Positions 8,056 to 17,429 of a stretch of DNA of 32,000 nt are shown one piece after another. The notes beneath the pieces are model-generated. The model worked only from the letters and a program-made list of their open reading frames with translations, was not told where the DNA came from and searched no databases. Position numbers and translations under genes: made by a program. Each line of letters opens with the position of its first letter. Position 1 is the stretch's first letter. This DNA comes from Geotalea uraniireducens Rf4 (lineage in GTDB: Bacteria; Desulfobacterota; Desulfuromonadia; Geobacterales; Geobacteraceae). The DNA lies in assembly GCF_000016745.1 (NCBI RefSeq), contig NC_009483.1, forward strand, positions 3,360,001 through 3,392,000. Direction: 5' to 3'.

Positions 8056-10404
8056 ATGGGCGAAGACAGCCGTGAAACACTGGGACTCCGCACGCTGGAA
8101 GACATCAGCGGTTTGATTCTCCACTCCCACGATTTACAGGAGACGCTGGATAATATAGTCAACCTTGTGGCAAAGCGAATGGGTTCCGACGTTTGCTCCA
8201 TCTACCTTTTGGAAGACGACGGCGAAACCCTCCGGCTCAAGGCCAGCAAGGGTCTTTCCAAGGGGTCGGTAGGAAAGATCACCATGAAGACCTCGGAAGG
8301 CCTCACCGGCCTGGCTGTGGAGCAGCGGGGAATAGTGGCGACCGACAATGCCCCGCTCCATCCACGCTATAAATACTTCCGCGAAACCAAGGAAGAAAAA
8401 TTCCAGTCCTTTCTGGGCGTCCCCCTGTTCGAGCGCAAAACGCCCGTCGGCGTAATAGTCGTTCAAACCCGCGAATCGAGGGTCTTCACCCCGGCGGAGA
8501 TAAGCACCATCTCCACCATCGCCTACCAGATCAGCAGCATCGTCATCAACGCCAAGCTACTCGACTCCGTTCATCAGAAGGAGGAAGAGCGCGCCTTTTT
8601 TGCACTGGAACTCGAAAAAATGAAGGCCGGCGGCGTCATGGAGGGCGTAACTGCCGGACCGGCAAAGAAGAGCGCCAAACAGCCGTTCTCGTTGACCGGG
8701 ACGGCGGTATCACCCGGTTTTTCCTGGGGAAAGATCTATATCCTGAACCGCAACACAAAGGACTGCATCGAGCTGGAACGGATCAGACCGCGCCCGGAAG
8801 AACGCAAGCGGTTTCAGATCGCCCTGGAAAAGGCGAAGATCCAGACACTCTACATGGAAAAACGTGTGGCTGAGATACTCTCCAAAGAGGACGCCGCAAT
8901 CTTCCACAGCCACCTCATGATTATGGAAGACCGCGGTTTCGTTGCCAAGATTGTGGACCTCATAGACAGTGATTACGGTGCAAGCCGGGCCGTGAAGGAA
9001 GTGGTCGGCTACTACGTGCAGGCCTTCTCCAAGATGGAAGACCCGTACCTGCGGGAACGTTCCGCGGACATGGAAGACATCGGCCGGCGCATCATCGATG
9101 CCCTCAACGGCAACAGCCGCACTCAGGCGAAGTTCAGGGAAAAACGGATAATTGTTGCCGACGACATCCTTCCCTCGGACATGGCAACCATGGACCATGA
9201 AAAAATCCTCGGCATTGTCACGGAGAAAGGTAACGTGAATTCCCATGCCGCCATCATGGCCAAATCCCTCGGTATTCCGGCGGTGCTCGGCGTGGATGGT
9301 TTAATGAAGCACATCGCCCTCCGCAACGAGGTGATAGTTGACGGCACTTCCGGGCACATCTACATAAATCCGGACAACAGCATAAAGGTCGAGTACGAAA
9401 GACTACAGCGGGATTTCAGCCTCAAACAGCGCGAACTCGATGGGCTGCGCGACCTGCCGGCTGAAACCAAAGACGGCGTCAGGGTCTCGCTGCGGGCAAA
9501 CATCGGTCTTTTAAACGATGTCAAGGTTGCACTGGCCAATGGCGCCGAAGGGGTCGGTCTCTACCGCACGGAATTCCCGTACATGGCCCGCAAATCCTTT
9601 CCCAACAGGGTTGAACAGTACACACTTTACCGGAAAATACTCGAAGGCTTCCATGGTCACACGGTCGCCATCCGCACCCTGGACATCGGCGGGGACAAAG
9701 GACTTTCCTACTTCGCCTACCCCAAGGAGGACAACCCGTTCATGGGGTGGCGCTCCATCAGGGTCTCCCTGGAAGAGGAAGGCATCTTTCGCGAGCAGCT
9801 CGCCGGAATACTCATGGCCTCGACCTACGGCAAGGCCACCATCATGTTCCCGATGATTTCGAGTGTCGATGAGATCAGGACAATCAAGAGGATCTTGAAA
9901 GAAGTTCAGAACGAACTGGTGCAGGATGAGAAACCGTTCGATACCGACATCCGACTCGGGATCATGGTGGAGATACCGGCCGCCGTCCAGATCGCCGACA
10001 TTCTCATCAAGGAAGTGGACTTTTTCAGCATCGGCACCAACGACCTGATTCAGTACACCATGGCGGCGGACCGCAACAACCCGAAGGTGAAAAAATACTA
10101 CGACCCCTATCACCCGGCCGTGCTGCACTCCATCAAACAAGTGGCTGATGCGGCAAAAAAGGCGCATAAGCAGGTTTCGCTCTGCGGAGAGATGGCCGCA
10201 GACCCGGTTACCGCTGTGCTCCTGCTCGGCATGGGGATAACGGATTTTAGTCTGTCGGCCCCATACATACCTCTCATCAAACAGGCAATACGATGCGTGG
10301 ACATGGCTGAGGCGCGAAGGATCGCCGAACATGCACTGCAGATGGAGAGCAGCAGCGCTATCCGCGAATATCTGGAGAAAATAAAGTCAGAGCTCGGACT
10401 ATGA
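8056..10404 (+). CDS. ptsP: Phosphoenolpyruvate-protein phosphotransferase with N-terminal GAF domain (EI-Ntr)
   Basis: 782 aa. N-terminal GAF-like region, phosphohistidine region GNVNSHAAIMAKSLGIPAV, PEP-utilising TIM-barrel motifs (GLYRTEFPYM, IGTNDLIQYTMAADR, SLCGEMA). Confidence 0.93.
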   Translation: MGEDSRETLGLRTLEDISGLILHSHDLQETLDNIVNLVAKRMGSDVCSIYLLEDDGETLRLKASKGLSKGSVGKITMKTSEGLTGLAVEQRGIVATDNAPLHPRYKYFRETKEEKFQSFLGVPLFERKTPVGVIVVQTRESRVFTPAEISTISTIAYQISSIVINAKLLDSVHQKEEERAFFALELEKMKAGGVMEGVTAGPAKKSAKQPFSLTGTAVSPGFSWGKIYILNRNTKDCIELERIRPRPEERKRFQIALEKAKIQTLYMEKRVAEILSKEDAAIFHSHLMIMEDRGFVAKIVDLIDSDYGASRAVKEVVGYYVQAFSKMEDPYLRERSADMEDIGRRIIDALNGNSRTQAKFREKRIIVADDILPSDMATMDHEKILGIVTEKGNVNSHAAIMAKSLGIPAVLGVDGLMKHIALRNEVIVDGTSGHIYINPDNSIKVEYERLQRDFSLKQRELDGLRDLPAETKDGVRVSLRANIGLLNDVKVALANGAEGVGLYRTEFPYMARKSFPNRVEQYTLYRKILEGFHGHTVAIRTLDIGGDKGLSYFAYPKEDNPFMGWRSIRVSLEEEGIFREQLAGILMASTYGKATIMFPMISSVDEIRTIKRILKEVQNELVQDEKPFDTDIRLGIMVEIPAAVQIADILIKEVDFFSIGTNDLIQYTMAADRNNPKVKKYYDPYHPAVLHSIKQVADAAKKAHKQVSLCGEMAADPVTAVLLLGMGITDFSLSAPYIPLIKQAIRCVDMAEARRIAEHALQMESSSAIREYLEKIKSELGL

Positions 10405-10445
10405 TCCCCCCGAAACCGGCATAATCGGAACCCAAATATTATATT

Positions 10446-10526
10446 TCACGCGACGACGCAAAAAGGCTTTTAAACAAATTATTGGTTCAAGGTTTTAAAA
10501 CGTTGCGTCGTCGCGTCGTTGCGTGA
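10446..10526. repeat. REP-like palindromic element downstream of ptsP
   Basis: tcacgcgacgacgcaa (10446-10461) pairs with ttgcgtcgtcgcgt(cgttgcg)tga (10503-10526). The AT-rich spacer contains ggttcaaggtttt, similar to ggttcaaaggtttt in the 2403-2515 element. Confidence 0.8.
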
Positions 10527-10930
10527 GTCATGCCTTGCTTTTAACATTTTGCTCACATATTGTAACGACTCAAGTCGTAAGCGCCTAACCGGCACCCCAC
10601 CACATAACACTTTCCACATTAAAGCGCATTCAGCGCAATAACGGAACCAATCCGTCATTTACAGGACATGGGCTGACTTTCCATCGCAAATTACGACAAA
10701 CCAAAAATCCGCGGTTGGACCATGGAGACATGGGTGCCGCATTTTTCAGTTGTGTGCTGTTGCCGGGGCGCCCCCACCTGTAATCCGCCGCTATCACAGA
10801 TATTCCGGCGATAACGCAGAGGGTGTGGAACGGAACGTGCAGATTAGAATATTGTAAACTAAGTTTGTTTAAGGGCCAACCAGAGACAAGCTGCAACAGC
10901 ATGTTTCGAGAGACAAGAAAGGAGACGGTA

Positions 10931-11515
10931 TTGCGAAGAACGATTTTCATGTTACTGGGGCTGTTCACCCTGCCGCTCCTTTTCGGATGCGGTTACAACA
11001 CGCTGAAGAGTAAAGAAGTGACGACATCGAAGGCTTGGAACGATCTGGGTTTCGCATGCCGGCAACGCCTTGAACTGGTTGGGAATTATCTGGACATAGT
11101 GCGGAAACACGCGGTCAATGAGAGTAAGGTCCTGCATGATGTTGAAACAGCCACACACGACGCTATCAGTGCCGGCTGCCCCATAACCCCTCCCGATACA
11201 TCGCAAAAACTAAATAGATTCCGCGACGTTCAGGCAGAACTTACCAAGACGCTGGCACGTCTTCAGGTCATCACCGGTAACTACCCTGAGCTAATAAACG
11301 ACTACAGTTACATTACCATCCAGAAAAGGCTTGAAGTCGTGGAAAGCCACATCAACGAAGCGATAACCAACTACAATTCTGCCAGTCATGACTTCAACAC
11401 ATGCAAGAGTACCTTCCCCAACTCGCTGACCAATGCCCTGCTGCTCCGCTATAACGATAAAGAACCTTTCAGGGCCTCTGAAAAAGTCATGCTGGTGGAA
11501 GGCAAAGATTCCTGA
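10931..11515 (+). CDS. LemA family lipoprotein
   Basis: The ORF track gives 10823..11515. I prefer TTG 10931, which has AAGGAGA 5 nt upstream and yields the lipoprotein signal (M)RRTIFMLLGLFTLPLLFGC. ATG 10901 is an alternative start. The body matches the LemA pattern (GYNTL...AWNDL...QRLELVGNYLDIV...YPELI...Y..IQ..LE..E..I..A...YN). Confidence 0.85.
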   Translation: MRRTIFMLLGLFTLPLLFGCGYNTLKSKEVTTSKAWNDLGFACRQRLELVGNYLDIVRKHAVNESKVLHDVETATHDAISAGCPITPPDTSQKLNRFRDVQAELTKTLARLQVITGNYPELINDYSYITIQKRLEVVESHINEAITNYNSASHDFNTCKSTFPNSLTNALLLRYNDKEPFRASEKVMLVEGKDS

Positions 11516-11540
11516 GAAGAGCGGTCTGACATCCATAGGT

Positions 11541-11580
11541 AAAAAAAGAGGGGCGGCTTCAAGCCGCCCCTCTTTTTTTA
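11541..11580. terminator. Bidirectional rho-independent terminator between convergent lemA and pyc
   Basis: aaaaaaa-gaggggcggc-ttcaa-gccgcccctc-ttttttt. An 11 bp GC-rich stem flanked by an A-run and a T-run. Confidence 0.9.
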
Positions 11581-14500
11581 CCCCAGAACCAGCAACAGGT
11601 CATCCTTCTCGACCTTGTCCCCTTCCTTGAACTTGACTTCAGCGATCTTGCCATCTTCTTTGACCTTGATGTTGGTCTCCATCTTCATTGCCTCGGTAAC
11701 CATCAGCACATCGCCGGCACACACTTCATCGCCGGCCTTGACGTTCACCTTCAATACCTTGCCCGGCATGGGGGCGCCGATATGCTGCGGATTGCCCTTG
11801 TCGGCCTTTTCCCGCACAGCCTCGCCGGATACTGCCGACTGGTCGCGCACCGTTACCTGGCGGGCATCGCCATTCAGTTCGAAGTAAATATGGCGGGTGC
11901 CGTCAGGGTGAACGCGGCCAATGGCGTTGAGTTTGATAATGAGTGTCTTGCCCGGTTGAATCTCAATGGATGTCTCCTGGCCCGGTTCAAGTCCGTAAAA
12001 GAAAATTGGTGTCGGAATGACCGAGGTATCCGAATACTCCTGGCGGTGCCGGTCGAATTCAGGAAAGACGTGCGGATAGAGGATGTAAGAGATAAGCCCC
12101 TTATCATCAACCGGATGCCCGACTTTAGCCTCGACCTTGAGCCGTTCTTCGTCGAAATCCACCGGCTCGAGCAGTTCTCCCGGACGGCAGCTGATCGGCT
12201 CCTCTCCCTTGAGAATGATGCGCTGCAATTCACGGGGAAAGCCCTGATAGGGCTGGCCGATCATCCCCTTGAACATCCCCGTTACCGACTCGGGGAAGCT
12301 AAGATCGTCCCCTTTGACGTACACATCGTCCACATCCATGTTGTTCTTCACCAGGAACATGGCCATGTCCCCCACCACCTTGGAAGACGGCGTCACCTTG
12401 ACGATATCGCCAAAGAGCAGGTTGACCCTGTGATACATCTCCTTGCACTCTTCCCAGCGGTCCAACAGGCCGAGACCGGCCACCTGCGGCTTATAGTTGG
12501 AGTACTGGCCGCCGGGAATCTCGTGGTGGTAAACTTCGGCCGTGCCGCTCTTAAGCCCCGACTCAAAGGGCGTGTAGTAGTCGCGCACCGTCTCCCAATA
12601 GTTGGCCAGCTTCTGCAGGCTCTCCTCGTTAAGACCGGTATCCCATTCGCTACCCTTCAGGGCAGCTACCAGGGCATTGAGGTTTGGCTGGGAAGTAAGG
12701 CCCGAGATGGACGAAAGCGCAGCATCGACGATATCCACTCCCGCCTGGCAGGCCATCAGAAGCATTGCGCCGCCGTTGCTGGAAGTATCGTGGGTGTGAA
12801 GGTGAATCGGGATGCCGATCTCAGCCTTCAAAGCCTTTATCAGCTTCGAAGCGGCAAAAGGCTTGAGGAGGCCGGCCATGTCCTTGATGGCAAGGATGTG
12901 GGCACCCATTGACTCCAGCTCCTTCGCCATGTTTACGTAGTACTCCAGCGGATACTTGTCGCGCTTGGGATCGGTAATATCCCCGGTGTAACAGATGGAG
13001 GCTTCGCAGATCTTCCCCTGTTTGCGCACGGCGTCCATCGCCACCCGCATCCCCCTGGTCCAGTTGAGGGAGTCGAAAACGCGGAAGATATCGATGCCTG
13101 ACTGGGCCGCTTCCTCCACAAATCGCTCGACCACGTTATCCGAGTAGTTGGTGTAGCCGACAGCATTGGAACCCCGGAGAAGCATCTGGAAAAGGACATT
13201 GGGGATCGCCTCGGACAGTTTGTGCAGCCTCTGCCAGGGGCATTCCTTGAGAAAGCGCATGGAGACGTCAAATGTGGCCCCGCCCCACATCTCCAGGGAA
13301 AAGAGATCGGAAGCAAGATAGGAGGTCGGTTCGGCAATCTTCAGCAGGTCATAGCTCCTGACCCGGGTAGCGAGCAGCGACTGGTGGGCGTCGCGCATGG
13401 TGGTGTCAGTGACGAGGAGCTTTTTTTGTTCAAGTATCCATTTGGAAAGGCCGTCCGCGCCCTTTTCCATGAAAATGTCGCGGGTTCCAGCTGGCCGCGG
13501 TTTCATGTAATCGATGTCCGGCACTTTGGCGTCAAGCAGATCGGAAGATTTGAGAGGCTTGTCAACCCCGGGCGAACCGTTGACGATTACATCGCCGATG
13601 AAATTGAGGACCTTGGTGGCCCGGTCCTTTTTCTCCTCAAACTTCAAGAGCTCAGGATGCTTGTCGATGAACGACGTGTCGCATTTGCCGTTGAGAAAGA
13701 CCGGATGGGTGATGACGTTTTCCAGGAAGGCAATATTGGTCTTCACGCCGCGGATACGAAATTCCTGGAGGGAGCGGTGCATGATGCGCGACGCCTCCTC
13801 GAAGGTCAGGCCCCAGGAACTCACCTTAACCAGGAGTGAGTCATAGTGAGGGGTGATCTGCGCACCGGTAAAGGCATTGCCGGCATCGAGCCGCACGCCG
13901 AATCCGGCCGATGAGCGATATGCCTTGAGGATGCCGAAATCCGGGGCGAAGTTGTTTGCCGGGTCTTCGGTAGTAATACGGCACTGGATGGCATGGCCCC
14001 ACATCTTGATGGCGTCCTGGTTCGGGATGTTGATTTCGGGATCAGAAAGCGGTTTCCCTTCCGCAACCAGTATCTGATCCTGCACCAGGTTGCGGCCGGT
14101 AATCATTTCGGTTACCGTATGTTCAACCTGGATACGCGGGTTCATCTCGATGAAATAGAAATTCCCCTCCTGATCAAGGAGAAATTCCACGGTACCGGCA
14201 TTGCGGTAGCCAACCTGACCGGCAATCTTGAGCGCTGCGGCACACAGCTCTTCGCGCATCTCCGGGGTGATGCAGAGCGATGGGGCAAACTCCACCACCT
14301 TCTGGTGGCGGCGCTGGATGGAACAATCGCGCTCGAAAAAGTGAACCAGGTTCCCGAAGCTGTCTCCCAGCACCTGCACCTCGATATGCTTCGGGTTCTC
14401 CAGGTAGCGTTCAAGAAAGACCGCCGCATTACCGAAGGCAGCCTTCGCTTCGCTGCGGGCACTGGCAATCCCCTCGACCAGCTCCTTGCGGTTGTTGGCA

Positions 14501-15024
14501 ACCCGCATCCCACGGCCGCCGCCGCCGGCTGCCGCCTTGATGATGATCGGATAGCCGTAGTTCTTGGCAAAGATAAGGGCCTCTTCCTCGTGCTCAATAG
14601 GGTCCTCAGTGCCGGGAACCACGGGAACTCCGGCAGCTACCGCCACTTTACGGGCAGCAACCTTATCCCCAAGCCGTCGCTGCATTTCCGCAGTCGGACC
14701 GATAAAGGCAATGCCGGCCGCCTCGCACTTCTCGGCAAATTCGGCATTCTCCGAAAGGAAGCCGTATCCGGGGTGAATGGCGTCCACATCCCTTTTCAGG
14801 GCCAGGGCAATGATCTCGTCTATGCCCAGATATGCATCGATCGGGCTCTTTCCCTTACCGATCAGGTACGCCTCATCCGCTTTGTAACGATGCAGCGACA
14901 GCTTATCTTCCTCGGAATAAATGGCCACCGTGCCTATGCCCAGTTCGGTACAAGCGCGAAAAATGCGAATCGCAATCTCGCCACGGTTTGCCGCCATAAT
15001 CTTTCTGAATTTCCGTTGTGCCAT
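11578..15024 (-). CDS. pyc: Pyruvate carboxylase (single-chain: biotin carboxylase + carboxyltransferase + BCCP)
   Basis: The ORF track gives 11578..15036. ATG 15024 (MAQRKFRKIMAANRGEIAIR) has GGAGG 7 nt upstream. ATP-grasp motifs, an HMGL-like carboxyltransferase region, and the biotinyl-lysine motif EAMKMET near the C-terminus. Confidence 0.96.
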   Translation of the reverse strand: MAQRKFRKIMAANRGEIAIRIFRACTELGIGTVAIYSEEDKLSLHRYKADEAYLIGKGKSPIDAYLGIDEIIALALKRDVDAIHPGYGFLSENAEFAEKCEAAGIAFIGPTAEMQRRLGDKVAARKVAVAAGVPVVPGTEDPIEHEEEALIFAKNYGYPIIIKAAAGGGGRGMRVANNRKELVEGIASARSEAKAAFGNAAVFLERYLENPKHIEVQVLGDSFGNLVHFFERDCSIQRRHQKVVEFAPSLCITPEMREELCAAALKIAGQVGYRNAGTVEFLLDQEGNFYFIEMNPRIQVEHTVTEMITGRNLVQDQILVAEGKPLSDPEINIPNQDAIKMWGHAIQCRITTEDPANNFAPDFGILKAYRSSAGFGVRLDAGNAFTGAQITPHYDSLLVKVSSWGLTFEEASRIMHRSLQEFRIRGVKTNIAFLENVITHPVFLNGKCDTSFIDKHPELLKFEEKKDRATKVLNFIGDVIVNGSPGVDKPLKSSDLLDAKVPDIDYMKPRPAGTRDIFMEKGADGLSKWILEQKKLLVTDTTMRDAHQSLLATRVRSYDLLKIAEPTSYLASDLFSLEMWGGATFDVSMRFLKECPWQRLHKLSEAIPNVLFQMLLRGSNAVGYTNYSDNVVERFVEEAAQSGIDIFRVFDSLNWTRGMRVAMDAVRKQGKICEASICYTGDITDPKRDKYPLEYYVNMAKELESMGAHILAIKDMAGLLKPFAASKLIKALKAEIGIPIHLHTHDTSSNGGAMLLMACQAGVDIVDAALSSISGLTSQPNLNALVAALKGSEWDTGLNEESLQKLANYWETVRDYYTPFESGLKSGTAEVYHHEIPGGQYSNYKPQVAGLGLLDRWEECKEMYHRVNLLFGDIVKVTPSSKVVGDMAMFLVKNNMDVDDVYVKGDDLSFPESVTGMFKGMIGQPYQGFPRELQRIILKGEEPISCRPGELLEPVDFDEERLKVEAKVGHPVDDKGLISYILYPHVFPEFDRHRQEYSDTSVIPTPIFFYGLEPGQETSIEIQPGKTLIIKLNAIGRVHPDGTRHIYFELNGDARQVTVRDQSAVSGEAVREKADKGNPQHIGAPMPGKVLKVNVKAGDEVCAGDVLMVTEAMKMETNIKVKEDGKIAEVKFKEGDKVEKDDLLLVLG

Positions 15025-15036
15025 CAAAGCCTCCAC

Positions 15037-15281
15037 AAACTGTTTTTTATGTAAAATAAAACATATACACTGATAGTAAAATTTAACACTACTAAAATTG
15101 TTTAGTTATTTTGAATAGTTAGATACTGTATCAGAATGACAATAAAACCAGAATAAAAAAACAAAGTCAACAGTAAACATCCGTTATATTATGAATAATT
15201 GCCAACAAAACAACATATGTAGGTTTACCATTCAATAATTTAATGCTATTATTTACAAAAATTTTTCAAAAGGAGATTTTG
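15037..15281. promoter_or_regulatory. Strongly AT-rich divergent intergenic (promoter) region between pyc and the PPIase gene
   Basis: About 245 nt, almost devoid of G+C runs, lying between two divergently transcribed genes in an otherwise GC-rich context. No individual promoter hexamers are assigned. Confidence 0.5.
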
Positions 15282-16307
15282 ATGATTTCGGCAAAGAAGA
15301 TATTTTCCTACTCGCTTGCAGCCCTTGTCCTTATTACCATCCAGACCTGGTCCGCCTTCGGTGATGAGCAGAAGGCGCCACAAACAGAGCAAAAGAGTGC
15401 TCAAACGACGGAAAAGAAAAGTGCCCCTACCGATCCCGTCGCCAAAGTAAACGACACGATCATCACCCGTTTGGACCTGGATCGTGCGGTGAAAGTACTG
15501 GTTTCCCAAAACAGACTTCCACAGCCGCTGCCCCCCGAATCATTGAAACAAGCTGAGGAAGCCGCCCTCGACCAGCTTATATCCGCAGAGCTCCTCTACC
15601 AGGCTGGCCAGAAAACCGAGATAAGGGATCTGGAGAAGCAGGTCGAAGAAAAGGTCAGCCAAAACAAGGCAAAGTTTCCTTCAGCAGATGAATTCGAAAA
15701 AGCCCTCAAATCCGTGGAAATGACGGAAAAAGACCTGAAAGAGTTCACCCGCAAGGACGTAGTCATCAGCAACTTTATTGAAAAAAATATTGCCGAAAAA
15801 ACCAAGGTTACAGAGGCCGACGCGAAAAAATTCTACGATGATAATCCCGACAAATTCAAGCAGGAGCCGAGCGTAAAGGCCAGCCATATCTTGTGCGGCG
15901 TTGAGGCTAGCGCCACCGCCGAAGAAAAGAAAAAAGCCAAGGAAAAGGCCGAGGCTTTGCTGAAAAAGATCAAAGCCGGTGAAGATTTTGCAACCCTGGC
16001 AAAATCCGAATCAACCTGCCCGAGCAGCAAGCAGGGGGGAGATCTGGGTTTCTTCAGTAAAGGGCAGATGGTTGCCCCTTTTGAAAAGGCAGCCTTTGCC
16101 CTCAAGCCCGGCGAGGTCAGTGACGTGGTGGAAACCCAGTTCGGCTACCACATCATCAAACTCACCGAGAAGAAAGAAGGCGGAACCATCAAGTTCGACG
16201 AGGTTAAGGAAAAGATCGAGAACTACCTGAAGAATCTGAAGATTCAGAAGGCCATAGGCGAATGCCTGGTTGAGCTGAAAGGCAAGGCCAAGATCGAAAA
16301 ATTATAG
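15282..16307 (+). CDS. Secreted parvulin-type peptidyl-prolyl cis-trans isomerase (SurA/PrsA-like)
   Basis: The ORF track gives 15243..16307. ATG 15282 has AAGGAG 6 nt upstream and yields the signal peptide MISAKKIFSYSLAALVLITIQTWSAFG. Parvulin motifs: ASHIL...GGDLGFFSKGQMVAPFEKAAF...GYHIIK. Confidence 0.9.
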   Translation: MISAKKIFSYSLAALVLITIQTWSAFGDEQKAPQTEQKSAQTTEKKSAPTDPVAKVNDTIITRLDLDRAVKVLVSQNRLPQPLPPESLKQAEEAALDQLISAELLYQAGQKTEIRDLEKQVEEKVSQNKAKFPSADEFEKALKSVEMTEKDLKEFTRKDVVISNFIEKNIAEKTKVTEADAKKFYDDNPDKFKQEPSVKASHILCGVEASATAEEKKKAKEKAEALLKKIKAGEDFATLAKSESTCPSSKQGGDLGFFSKGQMVAPFEKAAFALKPGEVSDVVETQFGYHIIKLTEKKEGGTIKFDEVKEKIENYLKNLKIQKAIGECLVELKGKAKIEKL

Positions 16308-16340
16308 GTAAAGAGACCACATAGAAATCAATTTAAAAAA

Positions 16341-16363
16341 GCCCGCTGATGCGGGCTTTTTTT
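16341..16363 (+). terminator. Rho-independent terminator of the PPIase gene
   Basis: gcccgc-tgat-gcgggc followed by ttttttt. Confidence 0.85.
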
Positions 16364-16378
16364 GTTAGAAGGAAATTT

Positions 16379-16599
16379 CCGGGATTTACCCAGCAATGTC
16401 CGTATATGGTTTTTGCATCCGCACGCCCCCCCTCACCCTAGCCCTCTCCTTTAGGCCCGATGTTTGGGTCCACAAGGGGCGAGAGGACTTATAAGCTCCC
16501 CTCCCTTGATGGGAGGGGTTGGGGGAGGGTGCAATGTGCTGGTTTTTATGGCTTGGTGAGTCAGTTCAATTTTTTAACGGACACTACCGGGATTTGCCC
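16379..16599. mobile_element. Insertion-like non-coding element of about 195 bp, flanked by 13 bp imperfect direct repeats
   Basis: Direct repeats ccgggatttaccc (16379-16391) and ccgggatttgccc (16587-16599). Short inverted termini tgtccgt (16397-16403) and acggaca (16577-16583). The interior carries G/C-rich hairpin modules (cccctccc-ttgat-gggagggg; ccctctcc...gagagg). Confidence 0.5.
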
Positions 16600-16814
16600 T
16601 AACCACTGAGAACCTTTACTATCTTTTTATAAAGGTCGTCCGCGTCTATGCCGCAAACCGTCTTGCCGTCAACCGCTGCAAAAGGGGTCTTGTGGCAGGG
16701 GCCGCACTTCTTTATGCAGCCGGTCACCTTCACGTCAAGCCTGGGGAAATTTTCCCGCAGTCGGTTGACGACCTTTGATTTCCCCTTGTTGTGTTCGCAG
16801 AAACGCACTTTCAT
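16599..16814 (-). CDS. DUF1450 (YuzB-like) small cysteine-rich protein
   Basis: 71 aa. The pattern FCEHN...(24)...GCIKKCGPCHKTPFAAVDGKTV.G.DADDLYKKI matches the DUF1450 layout (FC..N ... C...CG.C...PFA.VNG). Confidence 0.65.
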   Translation of the reverse strand: MKVRFCEHNKGKSKVVNRLRENFPRLDVKVTGCIKKCGPCHKTPFAAVDGKTVCGIDADDLYKKIVKVLSG

Positions 16815-16828
16815 GATGCTGGAACCGG

Positions 16829-17344
16829 TTACGCAACAGTAGCCGCAGGCGGTGTAAAGACGCGGGTCGCCAGCTCGTTGTCGAGCATGAGAATACCCTG
16901 GCCATTATCGCCAATCAGCTTCAGCTTGCCGATAATATCGCGATCGTTGTCCTCCTCCTCTATCTGTTCGGTAATAAACCATTGCATGAAAATATGCGTT
17001 GCATGGTCCTTTTCATTGAGGGCCAGATCGATCAAGTCGTTTATACACCTGGTAATAAACTGCTCATGCTTCAACGTCTGTTCGAACATATCGAGCAACG
17101 ACTTGTATTCGCTCGGCGGAGCAGAGATTCCGGAAAGCTCCACATGCTCCCCCTGACTATTGATGTAGTTGTAAAACTTCATGAAATGAACCATCTCCTC
17201 CTGGTATTGCACCATGAACCAGTTGGCAGTTCCCTTCAGGCCGATGGAGTTGGCATAGGAAGACATGGAAAGATAAAGATACGATGAATATAGTTCCACG
17301 TTCATGTGCTTATTTAATGCCGCATACATTTTTTTGTTCAGCAT
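16829..17344 (-). CDS. ftn: Ferritin (non-haem, Ftn type)
   Basis: 171 aa: LNKHMNVELYSSYLYLSMSSYA...QEEMVHFMKFYNYINSQG...LKHEQFITRCINDL...ATHIFMQWFITEQIEEE. Ferroxidase-centre Glu/His spacing is typical of bacterial ferritins. GGAGGG SD upstream. Confidence 0.9.
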   Translation of the reverse strand: MLNKKMYAALNKHMNVELYSSYLYLSMSSYANSIGLKGTANWFMVQYQEEMVHFMKFYNYINSQGEHVELSGISAPPSEYKSLLDMFEQTLKHEQFITRCINDLIDLALNEKDHATHIFMQWFITEQIEEEDNDRDIIGKLKLIGDNGQGILMLDNELATRVFTPPAATVA

Positions 17345-17429
17345 AAAAACTTCCCTCCAGAAAAAAAATAAATTTCGGACACGGGTTGATGTTAAGACAA
17401 GCTATGAATCACCTTTCCACCTTGGTTTG

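Noticed and set aside
10868-10900. GEMM-I (c-di-GMP/cGAMP riboswitch)-like words aagggccaacc...ctgcaacagc upstream of lemA
   Set aside because: They resemble GGGCAAACC...ACGCAAAGC only superficially. The intervening sequence cannot form the P1 stem with a GNRA loop, and no P2 hairpin follows. An Infernal scan would be needed to revive the idea.
10630-10968. 112 aa minus-strand ORF in the ptsP-lemA gap
   Set aside because: It has no SD, an odd composition and no motifs, and it overlaps the lemA start region. I treat the region as non-coding or leader, and flag it as a finding for an RNA search.
1108-15054. Long antisense or off-frame ORFs inside backbone genes, for example 1108..1878(+), 2618..3517(+), 3798..4604(+), 5767..6939(+), 8710..9246(-), 9511..10332(-), 11782..12912(+), 13222..13839(+) and 13993..15054(+)
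   Set aside because: Each lies opposite a gene with unambiguous family motifs (E2, E1, PAS, PtsP, Pyc). High G+C suppresses stop codons on the antisense strand. None shows motifs or SD sequences.
15130-15150. SOS-box-like tactgtatcagaatgaca in the AT-rich region
   Set aside because: It does not fit CTGT-N8-ACAG (the second half reads GACA). Deltaproteobacterial LexA sites have a different consensus. It is most likely chance in AT-rich DNA.
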